Shown here one piece after another: positions 59,431-64,000 of a stretch of 64,000 nt of DNA. The notes beneath the pieces are model-generated. The model did not search any database, had not been told where the DNA came from, and saw only the letters and a program-made list of their open reading frames with translations. The first letter of the stretch is position 1; the number at the start of each line of letters is the position of its first letter. The stretch spans positions 5,890,001 through 5,954,000 of the forward strand of contig NC_043007.1 of the NCBI RefSeq assembly GCF_006345805.1, written 5' to 3'. The translations under genes and the position numbers were made by a program. Source of the DNA: Octopus sinensis (taxonomy: Eukaryota).

Positions 59431-59640
59431 GTAAGTATGATAGATAATTTTGTGTAACGTATCTTTTTATGCAGATGTGTGCATTCGTGCATGCAACTGT
59501 CAATTTTAGCACCAAAATGCATATATAATTTCACAAATTCGAACGGACCACACACATGCACACACGCATACAAGCAAACAGGCATACACATTCACAGAGA
59601 TGCACATGTTCATACACGCAAACACACACATGCATACATA

Positions 59641-61258
59641 CAATGTTTAGCACGACATAATTTTCGTCAGAAATGTAGGTATAAGTTTTTATCAAAGTTG
59701 TTTTATTTTCTATAATTTTCACAGACAATAAATGCAATATGAAAAGTTATTGTCTGAGATTTTGGTGTACTTTGAGAGGATAATACAAAAGCTATGGATG
59801 ATTTAGTGATTTACTGAAAAACAAATGGCGGCCAAAATTATCAGAACGGTTGCTTTTACTCCGTGTTTTAGTATATTTAACCGGCGAACTCTAATGTTTT
59901 GAATTTGTTTAAGTGACGGTTCGTTTACTGAACATTAGTAAGAGTATCTGCAGCGTACTTTGTTAATATAATGCCACTTTCTCCGTTACCAATTCGTCAG
60001 CAGATTATTAAGCTTCGAAAGAAGGATAATTTAAGTATTGGATCTATTGCAAATATTGTTAACAAGTCAAAACGTGTTGTTCACGGTATTCTTAAGGTTG
60101 ACGATGATTGTGGTTCATGTGAAGCAAGAAAGTCTACAGGTAGGCCAAGAGAAACGACCAGGAGAGAAGATCGTGCTATGGTAAATTTGGTTAAAAAGCA
60201 CAGATTTTAAACTGCTGCTGCTGTTTCTTCGGGATATTAGCATTGTAGTGAAGAAAACTTTATTTCGAAAAACTGTGTCTCGTCGTTTAGTTGAACATAA
60301 CCTACAAGCAAGAGCACCTGCAGTGAAGTCAGTGATCATCTCCAAGAATAAAAAGTGTCGTCTTACCTTTGCAACCGAACATGTGTTGTGGTCTCAAGGA
60401 AAATGGCAAACGGTGCATTTCCGTGATGTATCTAAGTTTATGCTATTTGGCTCAGATGGGAAAAGGCACGTTTGTCGAAAAGTAGGTGAAAAATTGTCGC
60501 CTTAATGCCTAAAGACTAGTGTTAAATTCGGTGGGGGAAGTGTCATGGTTTGGGGGATGATATCTGGAGATGGTGTGCGCCCTATGGTGCGATTACATGG
60601 AAAGGTAAATGCAGGAGTTTATAAACAACTTGTAAAAGATCATGTCTTGCCTTTGCTGAGAAATTCAACTAAGCGACCACCCATATTTATGCAGGACAAA
60701 GCCCCATGTCACAAGGCTAAAGTGGTCAAGAACTTTCACAAGGCTGAAAAGATTATTGTTATGGATTGGCCTGCTCCAAGCCCAGATCTTAATCCTATTG
60801 AAAATGTGTGGAATATTCTAGGAGAACGTTCGAAAGCCAGAAATCCTAAAACAACCGAGCAGTTATGGAATGTCCTTCAGGAAGAATGGAATAAGATCAC
60901 CCAGCAAGAAATTGAAAATTTATTTCCTCATGCAGTCGAAGATGTCAAAGTGTGATTGAAGCTAAAGGGCTTCACACTAAATATTAAATAATTCCAGTAT
61001 TCTCTATCATTTTTGATTATTTTGTAATTTTTTTCAACCGTTCTGATAATTTTAGCCGCCATGGGTTTTGCAGTAAATCACTAAATCATACATAACTTTT
61101 GTATTATCCTCTAAAATTACACCAAAATCTCAGACAATAATAATTCATGTCCTCTTTATTGTTTGTTTAAATTATAGAACATAAAACAACTTTGATAAAA
61201 ACTTATACTTTATTTTCTGACGAAAACAATGTCGTTCTGAACATTTTGGCCGCACTTG
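59641..61258 (+). mobile_element. Tc1-family DD34E transposon with long (about 220 bp) inverted repeats; transposase disrupted
   Basis: Transposase pieces at 59971-60955 (GRPR, KFGGGSVMVWG, MQD-x34-E in SPDLNPIE). 59641-59850 is the reverse complement of about 61035-61258. It sits at a TA and is absent from the equivalent sites at about 18000 and 41400. Confidence 0.92.
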
Positions 61259-61722
61259 TATATATAGTGAAGAGATTTAAGAAATTGTTTAACTGATAAA
61301 TCATACTGAATATTGAGGAATTTCAATGAAACCTGTGCTTAAACATTATGAAAGAAATCAAATATTTATGTAATTTACCGGTTTCAACACTTTTAAAAAA
61401 TATTATTTCTAATTAATGATGTTGCAATAATTTCTTGATTATATAACTAGCTCTTGTCGGTGATAATGCTTTAATTTCGTATGTGGTTCGTGATAGTATC
61501 AGGGGATAGTATCAGTTAAATATTTACAGTAACGAGGGAAGCAATATATTGAATAATTTTTTCGTTCAATTATTAACAGTAATGTATATAGGAATTGAAA
61601 TTAATAAAATCTGCGTGTTTATGTGCAGTGGCTATAAATTATTGAATCTTTTCATTTACCCGACGTTTTCCATGTGTGTCTGTGTATAGTAAAATAGTAA
61701 AATGTGTAACATCTATAATATG

Positions 61723-61775
<53 letters not shown>

Positions 61776-61906
61776 AGTATATTTACCACTTAAATGTGGC
61801 TAACCCCTATGGCTGGATGTTACTATAGCTACTCCAGCTGGCTATTGACGCACTTTCTGTGAAAATTATTATTATTGTTGTTATTATTATTATTATTATT
61901 ATTATT

Positions 61907-62461
61907 GAGTGAGAGAGCAGTTCATGCCATCAAAGTGACACTGGGGTAAAATATACGAAGCCCAATATACCCATCATGACTACCCGTCTGATAAAGGTAC
62001 ACCAGGCACATGCATCACAACCATATGTGCGCGACATGGTGATCTCATATCAAGATAAACAGCACATGACCTTGCAGGTGGGGCCCAGTTAGAATTTTCT
62101 TCAGGTTGAGTAGCCCATCCCGCTCAAACGGTCCCTGAATAAGGGTTGTTTAAGGATGTTGAAAGAACCACCCATGTTTCCAGAGGTGAACTATTCAAAC
62201 CCCAAAGAATCCCTCTCAACACATGGCTATGATGCTCCCCCACTACTTCTGCTCGTGATCAGAGATGCACATATCGTCAGCCACTAAGGGACATGCTCAA
62301 CTGGTTAAGGTCAAACAACTGACAAGCAAATCTGTGGTATTGAGCAGAATATTTGCTGTAGCCCATCTTTTATACCAAGACAAAACAATGTACATGATAA
62401 CACTTCCAATCAGTTAAGATCAGAAGCCATGTGAGCCACTGCCTGGTACTGCATCAGGGCA
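61907..62461 (-). mobile_element. Non-autonomous retroelement-like repeat inserted in (TAA)n, copy C only
   Basis: A 555-bp segment flanked by (TAT)n at the site that is empty in B and holds a Dong LINE in A. No ORF; class inferred from the target tract. Confidence 0.6.
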
Positions 62462-62478
62462 TAATTCTGCCCTGATGC

Positions 62479-62591
<113 letters not shown>

Positions 62592-62953
62592 TTTATATAT
62601 ATATATATATATAACGATCGATTCAAGATGTTTCAAAATAATTGCTGTGATTAATAATTCTCGCATATTCCATCTTCCATCTTTCATCTGTGATATAATA
62701 TATAGATATATATAGTAAATATAAAACACAAAACACTCAACAACGCTTTCTTTCATATTAATTGTACTTCGAGCAGAGTTCTTTCGTCACACTTCTGTAA
62801 CCTCATCAATTGTCCTTTGCTTTCTTCTTTCTTTTTTGCGTCGCTCCATCTTAACGACCTGCCATTTTGTATTCCTGTTGTATGTGTCTTTAATTCGCAT
62901 GTGTATATCCCTGTGTATGGCTAGGTTCACTAAGTGTGTGTGGGAGGCAGCGT

Positions 62954-63458
62954 GTATCGAACCTGCATTATCAGTATCCCCTGTTTATTCACGTTCGTTT
63001 AATTTAATTTAATTTAATTTATTTATTTTTTTATCTACTTACTTTCTCATTTCTTTTTTGATTTGCATTTATCTAATTCAATTATTATATTTTGTTTATG
63101 TATATAATTATTTGGGCCTTGAGAAACACCGGCGGTTTCCTGAACCCGCATCTGTTTCTAGTCTATATAAACGACATTTCAGGCGTAATAAAGGACAGCA
63201 AAGTGAAAATATTCGCCGACAACTCTAAGCTCCATAAACTTATCAACGGAGAAGACCAAACTGAATTCCAGTCTGATCTACATGCTGGAAGTCAATGAGC
63301 AGACAAAAACAAAATGCAACTAAACGAGAGATAATCTGAGATTATGCACTTTGGAAGAATTACTATGCTAAAACAACCATATTATCTTCCTACAGGTGAC
63401 CCGCTCACAGCGTATGATAATATCAGAGACCTGGGAGTGACTGTTGACAACAACCTCA

Positions 63459-63529
<71 letters not shown>

Positions 63530-64000
63530 ACGTATGGGGACTGTGGTGGCCAGATAATATGTTCAACTTCACTAGAATGTTCATTGTGTCATTCAGTAAG
63601 AACTTTAGCTGTGTGAATTGATGCATTATCGTCCTGTCCTGAAAGATTGCGTTCGCATCTAGAAAATTCTCTGAAGCCATAGAATGAATTTGATCAGATA
63701 AAATGCTTAAATAGTCTTGAGTATTAATTCTGCCTTGAAGGGAAACCATTAGGCCGGCAGATTTCCAAGATAGAGCCCCGTCCCAGGTCATCAGAAATCT
63801 TCCTCCATATTTAACTGTTCGAAGATGGCAGTTTGGGTCAAATGATTCTTTTGGCTGTCTCCACATGTAAACTCGGTCGGTGGGCGGAAATAAGGTAAAG
63901 GATGATTCGTCCGAGAAAGTAACATTCTTCCACTGTTCTAGGGATCAATTCTGTAGGCTTTTACTCCACTCTAAACACTTTGCAACATTTGTTTTTGAAA
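62954..64000. repeat. Start of tandem unit 4 (runs off the window)
   Basis: Matches positions 1 to about 1020. Confidence 0.95.

Overview
Eukaryotic, AT-rich, microsatellite-laden DNA. The SINE tails, (TACA)n/(TAA)n/(TA)n tracts and LINE families look like Octopus (inference). The window is a head-to-tail tandem duplication with units starting at 1, 24656, 43322 and 62954 (periods 24,655, 18,666 and 19,632 bp). Most ORFs in the supplied track are microsatellite or transposon artefacts. Comparing the copies reveals a spliced four-exon + strand gene that the ORF track misses: a PEBP (phosphatidylethanolamine-binding protein), PEBP4-like, with an N-terminal signal peptide and a C-terminal GPI-type hydrophobic tail. 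Four paralogues are present. Copy 0 shows exons 3-4 only. Copy A is complete (9690-31368, 207 aa). Copy B is a pseudogene (32721-48406). Copy C shows exons 1-2 only. Introns are nearly identical between copies, but the exons encoding the mature domain differ heavily and almost only non-synonymously, including at the PEBP pocket motifs. This suggests a rapidly diversifying family of cell-surface ligand-binding proteins. The introns carry R4/Dong LINEs in (TAA)n, CR1-like and Penelope-like remnants, Tc1 elements, SINEs and hammerhead-like motifs, many of them copy-specific. All alignments and counts were done by eye.
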